From assembly GCA_019115345.1 (NCBI GenBank), contig DXDV01000237.1, positions 1 to 47,938 of the forward strand: a stretch of DNA of 47,938 nt, read 5' to 3'. Numbering within the stretch: position 1 is the stretch's first letter; each line of letters opens with the position of its first letter. Shown piece by piece: positions 7,860 to 17,565 of this stretch. The position numbers and the translations under genes are program-made. Under the pieces are notes generated by a model, which saw nothing but the letters and a program-made list of their open reading frames with translations, had not been told where the DNA came from and did no database searches. The DNA is from Candidatus Intestinimonas stercorigallinarum. Its GTDB lineage: Bacteria; Bacillota; Clostridia; Oscillospirales; Oscillospiraceae.

Positions 7860-9800
7860 TCAGTTATCCCGGTAGAAGCCCTTGCGCATGGCCTTGACCA
7901 TCTCAAAGCCGCTTTTGGAGCGGAGGAAGGGCCCCGCCACTCCCATGGCCCTGATGCGCTCGTCCATGAGCTGGAATTGCTTTTGGGTGCCTTCCGTCAC
8001 TTTCCGCGCTGTGGCTATCGGAACGTTGTTTGCTCCGTTGATGGCGGCCACATCGGTGTCGGCCAGTTCGCGGACCCGGTCGTACATGACCACCGCCAGA
8101 TTGTGCCTGCGCTGCAGCTTGTTGGCGTCGGATTTGTTCTGGTTGGCGCCAAGGGCGCCGGTTGCCCGCAGCTTCTGCCGGAGGGAGCCCACCGACTTCT
8201 GAATGAAGAAGCCCACATTGACGGCGGTGTTGACCGCCGCGCCGATGGTGGAGCCCAGGGCGCTGGGATCGATGGACGCCAGGGCGGTGCCCATGCCCAA
8301 AATGTCCTTGAGGATGATTTTTGTGATCCCCTCCCGGCGGCGGTGCTCATTGGCCTCGGTGATCTCCTTGAGGACGTCGTAATCCTCCAGGGCGCGGATG
8401 GCCTCCTCCCGCTTCTCGGGCGTGGAGCCCTGCAGCCCGGCGGCGCTGACAGCGGCCTGGCTGGTCGGATCGCGCAGCTGCTTGGTCTTTTCATCCAGCC
8501 GTATCTTTCTGCTGCGGTCGGCTCTTGCGCCGGTGGTAGCCTCAAACTCCCGGTTGACCTTGAATCTCTTCTTGCTCTTGAGATGGAAAAACCCGTATTT
8601 CTTTGTCTGTTCGGAGCCGTACTCGTTTCTGCCGCTCAGCGCGCCCTGTGTGTTTTTGACGGCGAGCTTCGCGTCCGCCTTCTGGGCGCGGATATGCCGG
8701 AGATAGTGTTCGGCCTTGCCCAGGCGGATGGCGTCTTCCACCAGCCCGATGCCGGCGTTGACCGCCCCGATGATGGCGCCGATGACCGGGAGCTGCCCCA
8801 GGTAGGTGGTAAAGGAGCCGTGCCAGGCCAAGACCGAGTCCAGAAGCGACTGGATGGTCTCCACCGTCTCCATGAACATCTCCCACCGCTCATCGTGGGT
8901 GTGGGCTTTATGGGCGGGATCGCGCTGCTTCGACTCCTTGCGTTCCTGGAAATAGTCCTTGAGCTTGAAGGCCAGTTTCCCCACCTGGACGATGGTGTTG
9001 ATGCTCTTGACGATGGCGCCGGCAATGGGGATGCCGCTGCTCTGTATCTCGCCGTCGCTCCACGCCTTGGCCTCATCAGGGTTCTTGTTGGCCACGTGGA
9101 CCCAGGAGCGGTCCTTTCCGCCGCCGGTGTAGTCCACGGCGCTGCTGGCGACGTCAGCGGCCGGTGTTCCCACATCCACGACCGTGTCTTTCCCCCAGTC
9201 GAGGAACTTCTCGAAGCCCTTGCTTGCCCTGCTTTCGGCTGCGGCGCCTTCCTTGGGATTCTTCCGCTGACGATCGGTGAGGTTCCACACAGTGCTTGGC
9301 TGGCCGGCCGCTGCGCTCCTGGCCATCTCCTCGCATTTCCGTCCCACCATCGTCTTCTTGATGGTGGCCAGAATCGTTTGCTCCGTGAAACTCAAGTTCC
9401 TACGCGTGGACGACGAATTGCCTCCCTGGGGCGAAGCGCCTCCCTGGGGCGGAGTGCTACCCTGGGGCGGAGTACTTCCCTGTGGTGAAGCGCCTCCCTG
9501 TGGCGGAGTGCTGCCCTGCGGCGGAGTGCTACCCTGCGGCGGAGTGCTGCCCTGCGGCGGAGTGCTGCCCTGTGGCGGAGTGCCTCCCTGGGGCGGAGTA
9601 CTTCCTTGAGGCGGAGTACTTCCCTGTGGCGGAGTGCTGCCCTGCGGCGGAGTGCCACCCTGGGACGGAGTGCTTCCCTGGGGCGCGGGCGCTGGCCGTT
9701 TGGGCGGCGCGGGCGCTGGCCGTTTGGGCGGCGGGGGCGCCGGCCGCCTGGGCGGCGCCGGTCTCTGGTTCATAGGGGCTGGGGACGGCGTGGTCGGCAT
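7860..9800 (-). CDS. Putative CIS cargo/effector: Pro-rich repeat N-terminus and hydrophobic helical hairpins
   Basis: 646 aa, basic; no signal peptide; segments GIPIAGAIVKSINTIVQVG, LPVIGAIIGAVNAGIGLV, ILGMGTALAS..ALGSTIGAAVNTAVNVGFFI; directly downstream of an AAA ATPase; RBS GGAGGGAG. The CDS is likely; the function is inferred. Confidence 0.6.
   Translation of the reverse strand: MPTTPSPAPMNQRPAPPRRPAPPPPKRPAPAPPKRPAPAPQGSTPSQGGTPPQGSTPPQGSTPPQGSTPPQGGTPPQGSTPPQGSTPPQGSTPPQGSTPPQGGASPQGSTPPQGSTPPQGGASPQGGNSSSTRRNLSFTEQTILATIKKTMVGRKCEEMARSAAAGQPSTVWNLTDRQRKNPKEGAAAESRASKGFEKFLDWGKDTVVDVGTPAADVASSAVDYTGGGKDRSWVHVANKNPDEAKAWSDGEIQSSGIPIAGAIVKSINTIVQVGKLAFKLKDYFQERKESKQRDPAHKAHTHDERWEMFMETVETIQSLLDSVLAWHGSFTTYLGQLPVIGAIIGAVNAGIGLVEDAIRLGKAEHYLRHIRAQKADAKLAVKNTQGALSGRNEYGSEQTKKYGFFHLKSKKRFKVNREFEATTGARADRSRKIRLDEKTKQLRDPTSQAAVSAAGLQGSTPEKREEAIRALEDYDVLKEITEANEHRRREGITKIILKDILGMGTALASIDPSALGSTIGAAVNTAVNVGFFIQKSVGSLRQKLRATGALGANQNKSDANKLQRRHNLAVVMYDRVRELADTDVAAINGANNVPIATARKVTEGTQKQFQLMDERIRAMGVAGPFLRSKSGFEMVKAMRKGFYRDN
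9411..9680 (-). repeat. 18-bp coding tandem repeat, 15 units of QG(S/G)(T/A)PP
   Basis: Plus-strand unit like GGCGGAGTGCTGCCCTGC repeated; preceded in the protein by PAP(A/P)PPKR-type repeats. Confidence 0.95.
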
Positions 9801-9811
9801 ACTGCTCCCTC

Positions 9812-11953
9812 CTATTCTGATCTGGATCTGAGATGGGCCTGCACCTGGGAGCCATACTCTCCCAATTCCTCGCTGCCCAGCGCCTTCCCGGTCTTGTTCT
9901 GTTCGGCCTGGACAGCCAGGAGCAGGTGTACCATTCCCATGGGTACGCCCTCCTCCGCGGCCAGGAAGGCGGCGGAGACGGCGATATTCTTGATGCTGCT
10001 GCCCGAGAGCTCAAAGCTCCGGGCCAGGAAATCGAAGTCGATATCCTCGCTTCGGGGCAGCTCCGCCGGAAGGACGGACCGCCAGATCTTCTCCCGCCGG
10101 TCCCGGTCGGGGAGGGTAAAGTCGATGATGAATTTGATGCGGCGCTTGAAGGCCTCGTCAAAGTTTTGGAGAAAGTTGCTGGCCAGGATGACGATGCCGT
10201 CGTACTCCTCCATCTTCTGGAGGAGGTAGGAGGTCTGGACGTTGGCGTACCGGTCGTGGGCGTCCTTGGTCTCAGACCGCTTGCCGAAGAGGGCGTCGGC
10301 CTCGTCGAAAAAGAGGATGCTCTGGCTCTTTTTCACCTCGTCAAAGACGGCGCCCAGCTGCTTTTCCGTCTCGCCGATGTACTTGGACATGACGCCGGAC
10401 AGATCCACCTTGTAGAGCTCCAGGCCCAGCCGGTTGGCGATGACCTGGGCGGCCATGGTCTTGCCGGTGCCGGGCGGGCCGGTGAAGAGCATGGACAGCC
10501 CCCGGCCGTAGGCCACCTTTTTTCCGAACCCCCACTGGTCGTAGACCCGGTGGCGGTACTCCACCTGAGCGCAGGCGTTTTTGAGCCGCCGCTTCTGCTC
10601 CGGCGGGAGGATCAGATCCTCCCAGGTGTAGGCGGCGTTGACCCGGCTGGCCGTTTTCCCCAGGCTGTGGGAGAGCTGGGCGCGGCAGGCCCGGTGGAGG
10701 AGCCCCTCGTCCACCGCCGCCCTCCCATCCCAGAGGGCCAGCCGTCCGGCCTCCCGGGCGGCGGCGGAGATCTGTCCGGGGGTGAGGGCAAACTTGATGG
10801 CCAGGGTCTCCAGGCTGACCGACTCCTCCAGCGGGACGCCCTCCAGGCAGTGCCGCCACAGCAGCAGGCGGCCCGCCGTGTCCGGTACGTCCAGCTCCAG
10901 CTCCACGCTCTGCCAGGGGGAGCGGGGGACCTCCGGGGGCCAGGGGGCGGTGGAGAAAAGGAAGAGCCGCCCGCAGACCTGAGCCGCCTGCTCCAGGAGC
11001 ATGCGGATGTGGAGGGTGCTGGGGCCGGTCCGGAGCGTTTTGACCTGCTCGTCGGAGGGGACCTCCTCCTCCCGGCCCAGCAGCAGCTCAAAGCCGTCGA
11101 AGGCCAGGGCGGCGTTCCGGATGACCGCCTCCCGGCAGGTGTGGAGCAGGATGTCCTCCCAGTTCATCCCGCTCTGGAACAGGGCGGAGAGGTCGGCCAC
11201 CAGCAGGGGGCGGTCCTCCGTGCGGCAGAGGTGCCGGGCCAGGGTCCGCCGTCCGGAGCCGGGCTGGCCCCGCAGGTAGAAGAGCATGGGGGTCTCCGGG
11301 GGCAGCGCCCCGGCGCAGGCGGCCATCCGTCCGGCCCGGTCGGCATAGAGCACCAGGGGGGAGAGGTCCTCGTCCCCCGGCCAGAAGAGCTGGACCATCC
11401 CCTTCAGGGCGGGGTCCTGGCTCATATAGTCAAAGAGGAAGTGGAGGATCCGCCGGTCCAGCTTCAGGCCGGAGCGCAGGTCGCTGGCGTCGGCGCTTCC
11501 CTGGTGGCCGGCGGTGAAGAAGCAGGAGAGGACCTCCCTCCGCCCCAGCCAAAGGCCCAACAGGGCCTCCCGCAGGCTGGGGTCGCCGGTGAAGGAGCGC
11601 AGGCACAGCTCCAGGGTGGGCAGCTGGCCGCCGCCGGGCTGGAGCGCGGCGTACCGCGCCCCGTAGGAGGGCTCCAGCTCGAGGGCCAGGGCCAGGTAGA
11701 CGCAGTGGCGCTCGAAGGGGGAGAGGGAAAAGACCCGGAAGAGATAGTCCAGGGGGGCCGTCCCGCCGGCCTCCACCGTGGCCTGACAGCGGCGGCGCAG
11801 CCGCTCCTCCAGCCGGTCGGCCAGCCGGAGGTCCTCCTCCCGGGCGTCGGGCTCGGGGCCGCCTTCCAGGGGGGCGAGCCGCCGGTCGGTCAGGCTCAGG
11901 ACGGCCTGGAGATAGGCGTGGGTGGACGCAAAGGGCTCCGCCATGGACATCAC
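9812..11953 (-). CDS. AAA+ ATPase, Afp15/Pvc15-like
   Basis: Walker A GPPGTGKT, Walker B LFFDEAD, LFGKRSE.KDAHDRYAN, degenerate first AAA module (GQPGSGRRT), N-terminal LSPFE...LALALE motif. Confidence 0.92.
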   Translation of the reverse strand: MMSMAEPFASTHAYLQAVLSLTDRRLAPLEGGPEPDAREEDLRLADRLEERLRRRCQATVEAGGTAPLDYLFRVFSLSPFERHCVYLALALELEPSYGARYAALQPGGGQLPTLELCLRSFTGDPSLREALLGLWLGRREVLSCFFTAGHQGSADASDLRSGLKLDRRILHFLFDYMSQDPALKGMVQLFWPGDEDLSPLVLYADRAGRMAACAGALPPETPMLFYLRGQPGSGRRTLARHLCRTEDRPLLVADLSALFQSGMNWEDILLHTCREAVIRNAALAFDGFELLLGREEEVPSDEQVKTLRTGPSTLHIRMLLEQAAQVCGRLFLFSTAPWPPEVPRSPWQSVELELDVPDTAGRLLLWRHCLEGVPLEESVSLETLAIKFALTPGQISAAAREAGRLALWDGRAAVDEGLLHRACRAQLSHSLGKTASRVNAAYTWEDLILPPEQKRRLKNACAQVEYRHRVYDQWGFGKKVAYGRGLSMLFTGPPGTGKTMAAQVIANRLGLELYKVDLSGVMSKYIGETEKQLGAVFDEVKKSQSILFFDEADALFGKRSETKDAHDRYANVQTSYLLQKMEEYDGIVILASNFLQNFDEAFKRRIKFIIDFTLPDRDRREKIWRSVLPAELPRSEDIDFDFLARSFELSGSSIKNIAVSAAFLAAEEGVPMGMVHLLLAVQAEQNKTGKALGSEELGEYGSQVQAHLRSRSE

Positions 11954-11973
11954 CTCTCTTCCGTGGAGCTTCG

Positions 11974-14775
11974 TTACAGATTGCTCAGGAGGGTGGCCAC
12001 GATCTGGGCCATCTCCCCCCGATTGAGGGTGGCTTTGGGGCTGAACTTGTAGTTTTCCGGCATTTCCAGGATGCCGGCCGCCCGGAGCCGGAGCACCGAC
12101 TGCCGGGCATAGCCGGCGATCTCATCGAGGTCGGTATAGCCGGTATCCAGGCCCCTGGAGCGCAGCCGCAGGCCCACGCCGGAGGCCGTGTCGCCCAGCA
12201 GGGCGGCCATGTCCTCCCGGGTGATGGCGGCGCCGGCGTCCAGGGTCTCGCCGCGGATCAGGTCCCCCGCCAGATTGTTGAAATAGAGCCAGGCGGCAGC
12301 CCGGGCCACCGGGTCGGAGACGGATACGTCGGTATAGACCTCCACCGCCTGGCTGGGCAGGTTGACGGCGGAGAGCGCCCGGGTGACCAGGTCCAGCAGC
12401 TCCCCCCGGGTGGCCGGGTCGTCGGGACGGAAGGACGTCCCCTCCTCCAGAAGCCCGCGGGCGGCCAGGAAGGTCACATAGGGGTTGGCCCAGTGGCTGG
12501 CGTCCACGTCGTCGTAGGCCGCCGGCCGGTAGGCCACGCCGAATTTGGACAGGTGGGAGGTAAAGACGTACACGCCGCCGGCGCTCTCGTCGTAGAAGCT
12601 CTCGGTCACCCGCTCCACCGTGTCGTCCTCGCGGATATGATCCATCAGGAGGGCGTTGACGTCCTCCTCCTCAGCGGGGGCGTAGGGGACGAAGATCCGG
12701 ACGCCGTAGACCTCGGTGAAGGCAGTCACAGCCTGTCCCCCCACGGTCAGGGTGGCGTCCACGCCGGGACGGCCCTCGTACTCCAGGCGGGCGAGGGTGA
12801 AGTCCACCGCCCCCTCCAGCCCGGAGACCTCCTGGATGGTGTCCCCGTAGAGACTCATGGCGCCCGCCGGGGTCTGGACCGTGAAGCGGTCCCAGGCCTC
12901 CTCGGAGATGCGGTCGAACTGGGCGTCGGTCAGCTCCAGGATATAGGTGTGGATGTCGCTGCTGCCGCGCAGGTCCTCAATGACGATGATGCCCTCCTTA
13001 TAGCCGTCGCCCTCCAGCTGCTCGACGTCCTCCGCGTGCTGCTGGGCCAGGTCGATGAGGGCCTCCAGCTCCTCGTCGGTGACGGTGGTGGTGCTCACCC
13101 CGTCCTCCTCCGTGGTGTCCGAGGGCCAGAGCATGGTGTCGCTGCTGGCCCCCTCCTGGTTCAGCTCGTTCTCCACGCGGATGGTGGGGGCGGGCTCGGG
13201 GTCGTCGTCGTCATCGTCGTCGCGGCTGGAGCCGCCGCCGCCACCGCCGCCGCTGCCGCCGGAGTCGTTGGACACGATGCCGGAGATGGTGATGGAAAGA
13301 TCGGCATCGGGGTATGTTCCGCCCTCCGTGTCCGGATGGATGGAATACATCCATAGGGCCTGTCCATCTTCCAAAACGCCGCCTTCCAGATACTCCGCCA
13401 CATACCCCGCGGGGAGCCTCACGGCGGGGGTGGACTGGTTGTAGTCGGCCTCTACATAGATCGAGATCATGATCGAGTCGCCATCCGCACTCCATACGGT
13501 GCCGGAAGGCACCCGGCTGTGCACCTCCAGGGAATAGCCTGTGCCGGGGGAGGCGTCCGTCACGCCGATCAGCCGCAGAAAGGCGCTCTCATCCACTGTG
13601 AAGGTGACGGTGCAGTCCGCCGTCAGGAGATCTCCGCTGATCGTTCCGGTCCCATCACCATAGCTGTCGGTACTGATTTGGATCTCAGAGCCCCCTGCCG
13701 TACCATCCGTGGGCGCGACCGTACAGCTGGTCACCGCGGCGGCCCAGTCCGTCACCTGATACAGGTCGCTGCTCAGGGTAAAGGACAGATCTACGCCCTC
13801 GGTCCAGGTAAGGCTGGCGGCCTCCTCGTAATCCACCAGGACGGAGAAATAGTCGCTGGCAGCAAAGGTGACGGTGATCTCCGACCGGATGTCCAGAGTG
13901 ACGTCAATGGTCTCCGCGCTCCATGTGGCGGGCGTGTGGAGAATGATGGTCTTGTCATCGACCCGTGTTGCCGCAACGTCTTCCGGATAAGCCTCCGTGA
14001 CAGGCTCGTCCGCAAACACATAGCCGTCCCCCACAGTCAGAGTGACGTCACTGCCTGGAAAGATGCTGCCGTTGAAATTCGGTCCATCCACGGCGACCAT
14101 CCCATAGATCTGCTCGGAGGTCAATGAACTAACGCCGCGGACCAGGATAGACTGCATGGGGGCAAAGGTAACGCCGTCCTCGGTGCGGTAATAGTATTCG
14201 CCGTCTGTTGTGACGGCCACGCCGCTCTCGTCCGGAGGCTCTGCCAGAAGGACGCTGGTGATGCTGAACGCGTCGATATTGATCCCATCGTAGTAGGGAA
14301 TACTTAGGCTCAGCTCGGTCCCCGTCTCCGTGATCGTGCACGCGACGCTCTCGGCGTCGGGGCTGATGCTGGTGGGGGCCAGCAGGAGGGACGCCCCCGT
14401 ATCGTCCACAGCGGCCAGAGTGACATCCAGTGTGGTATAGGTGCTGTCTGGGTAAGTGCCGGTGGCGGCGGGGTCTGGATAATACCACGTCGCATCAAAT
14501 GTATAGGTGTCCGCGCCATCTACCAGCAGGGACTGGGGGGTCCAGGTCCCGGTCCCGCCGCCGTCGGCAATGTCGGGGAATGGCGTGACAAAAACCGTTT
14601 CACCGCTGTCTTTTGTAACGATGAAGTCGGTGGGGTTTTCCAGCGCATAGTCGGTGGCCGACGCGCTGAGGGAGGAGATCAGCACAAGAAATCCCAGCAT
14701 CAGGACGGCTGCGGCCAGGGATATCCCCAGCTGCATGCGAAAACGCTCCCGGGTCGGTATCGTTTGACGTTCCAT
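11974..14775 (-). CDS. Large acidic cell-surface protein with C-terminal S-layer homology (SLH) repeats
   Basis: Signal/TM segment; T/D-rich beta-type body; Gly/Asp linker; SLH motifs YDDVDASHWA..FRPDDPATRGE, ITREDMA, FSPKATLNRGEMA; RBS AGGAGGTG before ATG 14775. Confidence 0.88.
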   Translation of the reverse strand: MERQTIPTRERFRMQLGISLAAAVLMLGFLVLISSLSASATDYALENPTDFIVTKDSGETVFVTPFPDIADGGGTGTWTPQSLLVDGADTYTFDATWYYPDPAATGTYPDSTYTTLDVTLAAVDDTGASLLLAPTSISPDAESVACTITETGTELSLSIPYYDGINIDAFSITSVLLAEPPDESGVAVTTDGEYYYRTEDGVTFAPMQSILVRGVSSLTSEQIYGMVAVDGPNFNGSIFPGSDVTLTVGDGYVFADEPVTEAYPEDVAATRVDDKTIILHTPATWSAETIDVTLDIRSEITVTFAASDYFSVLVDYEEAASLTWTEGVDLSFTLSSDLYQVTDWAAAVTSCTVAPTDGTAGGSEIQISTDSYGDGTGTISGDLLTADCTVTFTVDESAFLRLIGVTDASPGTGYSLEVHSRVPSGTVWSADGDSIMISIYVEADYNQSTPAVRLPAGYVAEYLEGGVLEDGQALWMYSIHPDTEGGTYPDADLSITISGIVSNDSGGSGGGGGGGSSRDDDDDDDPEPAPTIRVENELNQEGASSDTMLWPSDTTEEDGVSTTTVTDEELEALIDLAQQHAEDVEQLEGDGYKEGIIVIEDLRGSSDIHTYILELTDAQFDRISEEAWDRFTVQTPAGAMSLYGDTIQEVSGLEGAVDFTLARLEYEGRPGVDATLTVGGQAVTAFTEVYGVRIFVPYAPAEEEDVNALLMDHIREDDTVERVTESFYDESAGGVYVFTSHLSKFGVAYRPAAYDDVDASHWANPYVTFLAARGLLEEGTSFRPDDPATRGELLDLVTRALSAVNLPSQAVEVYTDVSVSDPVARAAAWLYFNNLAGDLIRGETLDAGAAITREDMAALLGDTASGVGLRLRSRGLDTGYTDLDEIAGYARQSVLRLRAAGILEMPENYKFSPKATLNRGEMAQIVATLLSNL

Positions 14776-14801
14776 AGGCACCTCCTGATGGTCGCAAGGG
14801 G

Positions 14802-17543
14802 TCAATAGGTCTCCAGCCACACCGGGTGTTCGGCGGCGTGTTCTTCCCGGTAATAGGTGTCGCAGAGGTAGAGGTAGTGCTTGGCCGCCTTGTCCCGGCG
14901 GTGCTTTTTGAGCACCTCGATGAAGAGCAGCCGCGCGTCGTAATACTGGTGGGAGCAGAAGAGGGCCACGCCCCGTTCGAACTGCTCCCGGGTCTCCTCC
15001 TTCAGCCGCCGGGTGGTCTCCTCGTCGCCGTCAAAGACGTCGTAGAGCCGTTCCAGCCGGTCCAGGGCGCCCATGCGGACAAAGCCGATGGTCCGGGCGT
15101 GGTAGCGCCGGCCGAAGTCGGAGATGAGCCCCGCCGCGCCGCCGGTCATGAGCACCGCGGCGCCGTACTCCGCCGCCAGGGGCTGGAGGAAGCGGGTGAA
15201 GCTGGTGTGCTCGGAGATGGTCATGGCCTCCAGCCGCTCCGCCGCGCCCACGATGCCGATCATGGCCGGGCCGGCGCTGAGGGTCACGTGGAAGTCCAGC
15301 TCCCGCTCCCCGGCCTCCTCCGGCCGTCCGGCCCGGAGGGTCTGGCACAGGGAGATGGCGGCGTCCAGGGCCTTGTCCGGCCGCTCGGTGTAGATGGCCA
15401 GCAGGCCCGCCCGGTCGAAGCGGTCCACCAGGCCGCCGCTCTGGTCCACCACCGGCACCAGCCGGGCCAGCACCTGGTTGATGAGCCGGAACATCTCCTT
15501 GGAGCGGAGGCTCCGGACGATGTCGTCAAAGGCGCCCACCGAGCAGTTGAGGACGGTGGCCTCCACGCTGGTCTGGTCCTCCAGACGCACGTCGATGACG
15601 CTGGACTTCTCCAGCAGGCCGAATACCCGGGCGGGGACGAAGCGGGAGTACCCCTCGCTGGTGAGACGGATCTCACGGTCCCGGAAGGCCACGTTGGTGC
15701 TCATGGTGTTGAAGGTGCGGGCGATCTCGCTGACCTCGTCGTTGCCCCGCACCGGGGCCTGGACGCCCAGCTTGCCGTCGCTGATCTCCTGCACCCGCTG
15801 CCGCAGGATGCCCAGGGGGTGGAGGGAATAGGCGATGACCGCCGAGAGGAGGATGGCCAGCACCGCCAGCACGGAGAGGTTCAGGACGGCCAGCTGCCGG
15901 GCCCCCTGCTCCACGGCGTAGTCCAGGGAGAGCCGGGTGTCGCCGGTCTCGATGACCGCCACCACCTCGCCCTTGCCGTCGGTGACGGGGGTGAGGAGGA
16001 CGGTCCAGTCCCCCAGGCTGTCGGTGAAGCCGGTACGGATGGTCTGGCCGGTCTCGGCGGCCAGGTAGAACTGCTCCGCCACGCCGGCGCTGTACCGCAG
16101 CTCCACCGGCACGCCCACATAGTCCTGCTCGCAGATGAGGGAGACCAGCTGGCCGTCCACCAGCTTGTAGAGCCAGAAGTAGTTGGAGTTGTAGACCTGC
16201 TGCCCCTCCTCCTGCCCGCCGCTCTGGAGGGCCCCCTGGGTGGGGAGCACGTTCAGGGCGGCGCGGATCTCGTAGAAGTAGACGTTGTCGTAGGGGGCGG
16301 CGGGGTCCACCTCCTGGATGTAGGCGGCGTTGAGGGTGGCCGTCTGCTGGCTGGTGAGGAGGAAGAGCCGCTTATACTGGCTGTCCACCAGCTCCCGCTG
16401 GAAGATGCCGGTCACCAGCAGGTGCATGAGCGCCAGGCTGACCACCAGAATGGGGAGGAAGGCGGCCAGCAGCTTGGTGACGATGGGCACCTTTCCCCGG
16501 GTGAGGAAGAGGAAGAACCGGCGCAGCAGGGCCAGGACGGCGGAGGCCGCCCACACCGCCAGGAAGCCCAGGAGGGCCCGCAGGGCGATGTGTCCCGGCT
16601 GGGCGGTCAGGCTGCTGAGCACCACGTCCCCCGTCTCCCGGTAGAGCCCCAGGGCCTGGCCGTCGGAGAGGATGGCCAGGAGGGAGCCGCCGGCGTCCAG
16701 GCGCAGATCGGTCATGCTCAGATAGGGCACTCCCCGCTGGGCGCAGTCCAGGAGCAGCCGGGCCCGGGGCTGCTCGGCGGACAGGTCCACCCCGTAGAGG
16801 CGGCCGTCGGTGCTCAGGGCGCAGACCAGGTCGGCCCCGTCGCTGCTGAAGAGGACCATGGCGAAATTGCCGGAGGCGGGGAACACCTGCTCCGGCGTGC
16901 CCTCCCCGTCCAGGACCCAAATTGCCCCGGCCGGGGTGGTGAAGGCCACCGCCCCCGAGGCGGCGGCGTAGAAATCGGTGAAGCCGATGCCGATGTCGTA
17001 CGCAAAGGAGGACAGTTCCACCGCCGCCCCAGTCTCGTCCAGGGTCATCAGCCGCCCGGTGGCCCACCGGCCGGTATAGTCGGCCTGGAAGAAGGTGAGC
17101 GCCCCGTCCCGGACCTGAACGGCGAAGTTGTTGTCCATCAGGGGGTCGGTGACGGGCAGCTCCCACACCAGCTCCAGCCGCCGCCGGTCAAAGTCGCAGC
17201 GGTAGACCCGCTCCGCCAGGATCTGGTCGCTCTGGATGTCCGCCAGCCGCTCCAGGACGTAGACGTTCTCCCCGTCCGCGCTCAGGCAGTCGTAGACCCG
17301 GTAGGAGCTTCCGTCCCGGATGTCCCTGCGGAACTCGGCCAGGACGGCGCCCGTCTCGTCGGTCTGGAAGAAGCGGTAGGCCGTCTCCCCCTGGTCGATC
17401 CCGTAGATCCGCTCTCCGGCCGGGACGGCGGCAATGACCCGCTCCAGGGGCAGGGTGGAGCCCCACCAGCCGCAGAAGGCCGCCGCCGCGAGGGAGAGCA
17501 GGGCGATGACTGCCAAGAGGGTTTTGGTTTTTCTGGATAACAT
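14802..17543 (-). CDS. Multi-pass membrane sensor: extracellular domains, HAMP, degenerate class III nucleotide cyclase domain, C-terminal TPR-like helices
   Basis: Four hydrophobic segments; HAMP (PLGIL..V..I.DG.L...NDEVSEIARTFNTM); YSRFVP...SVIDVRLED cyclase entry; MIGIVG...LEAMTIS; LYDVFDGD; RBS GGAAGGTGG before ATG 17543. Confidence 0.8.
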   Translation of the reverse strand: MLSRKTKTLLAVIALLSLAAAAFCGWWGSTLPLERVIAAVPAGERIYGIDQGETAYRFFQTDETGAVLAEFRRDIRDGSSYRVYDCLSADGENVYVLERLADIQSDQILAERVYRCDFDRRRLELVWELPVTDPLMDNNFAVQVRDGALTFFQADYTGRWATGRLMTLDETGAAVELSSFAYDIGIGFTDFYAAASGAVAFTTPAGAIWVLDGEGTPEQVFPASGNFAMVLFSSDGADLVCALSTDGRLYGVDLSAEQPRARLLLDCAQRGVPYLSMTDLRLDAGGSLLAILSDGQALGLYRETGDVVLSSLTAQPGHIALRALLGFLAVWAASAVLALLRRFFLFLTRGKVPIVTKLLAAFLPILVVSLALMHLLVTGIFQRELVDSQYKRLFLLTSQQTATLNAAYIQEVDPAAPYDNVYFYEIRAALNVLPTQGALQSGGQEEGQQVYNSNYFWLYKLVDGQLVSLICEQDYVGVPVELRYSAGVAEQFYLAAETGQTIRTGFTDSLGDWTVLLTPVTDGKGEVVAVIETGDTRLSLDYAVEQGARQLAVLNLSVLAVLAILLSAVIAYSLHPLGILRQRVQEISDGKLGVQAPVRGNDEVSEIARTFNTMSTNVAFRDREIRLTSEGYSRFVPARVFGLLEKSSVIDVRLEDQTSVEATVLNCSVGAFDDIVRSLRSKEMFRLINQVLARLVPVVDQSGGLVDRFDRAGLLAIYTERPDKALDAAISLCQTLRAGRPEEAGERELDFHVTLSAGPAMIGIVGAAERLEAMTISEHTSFTRFLQPLAAEYGAAVLMTGGAAGLISDFGRRYHARTIGFVRMGALDRLERLYDVFDGDEETTRRLKEETREQFERGVALFCSHQYYDARLLFIEVLKKHRRDKAAKHYLYLCDTYYREEHAAEHPVWLETY

Positions 17544-17565
17544 GGCTCGTACCACCTTCCAGCTG

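Noticed and set aside
9411-9680. CRISPR array
   Set aside because: Contiguous 18-bp in-frame units with no spacers and no cas genes.
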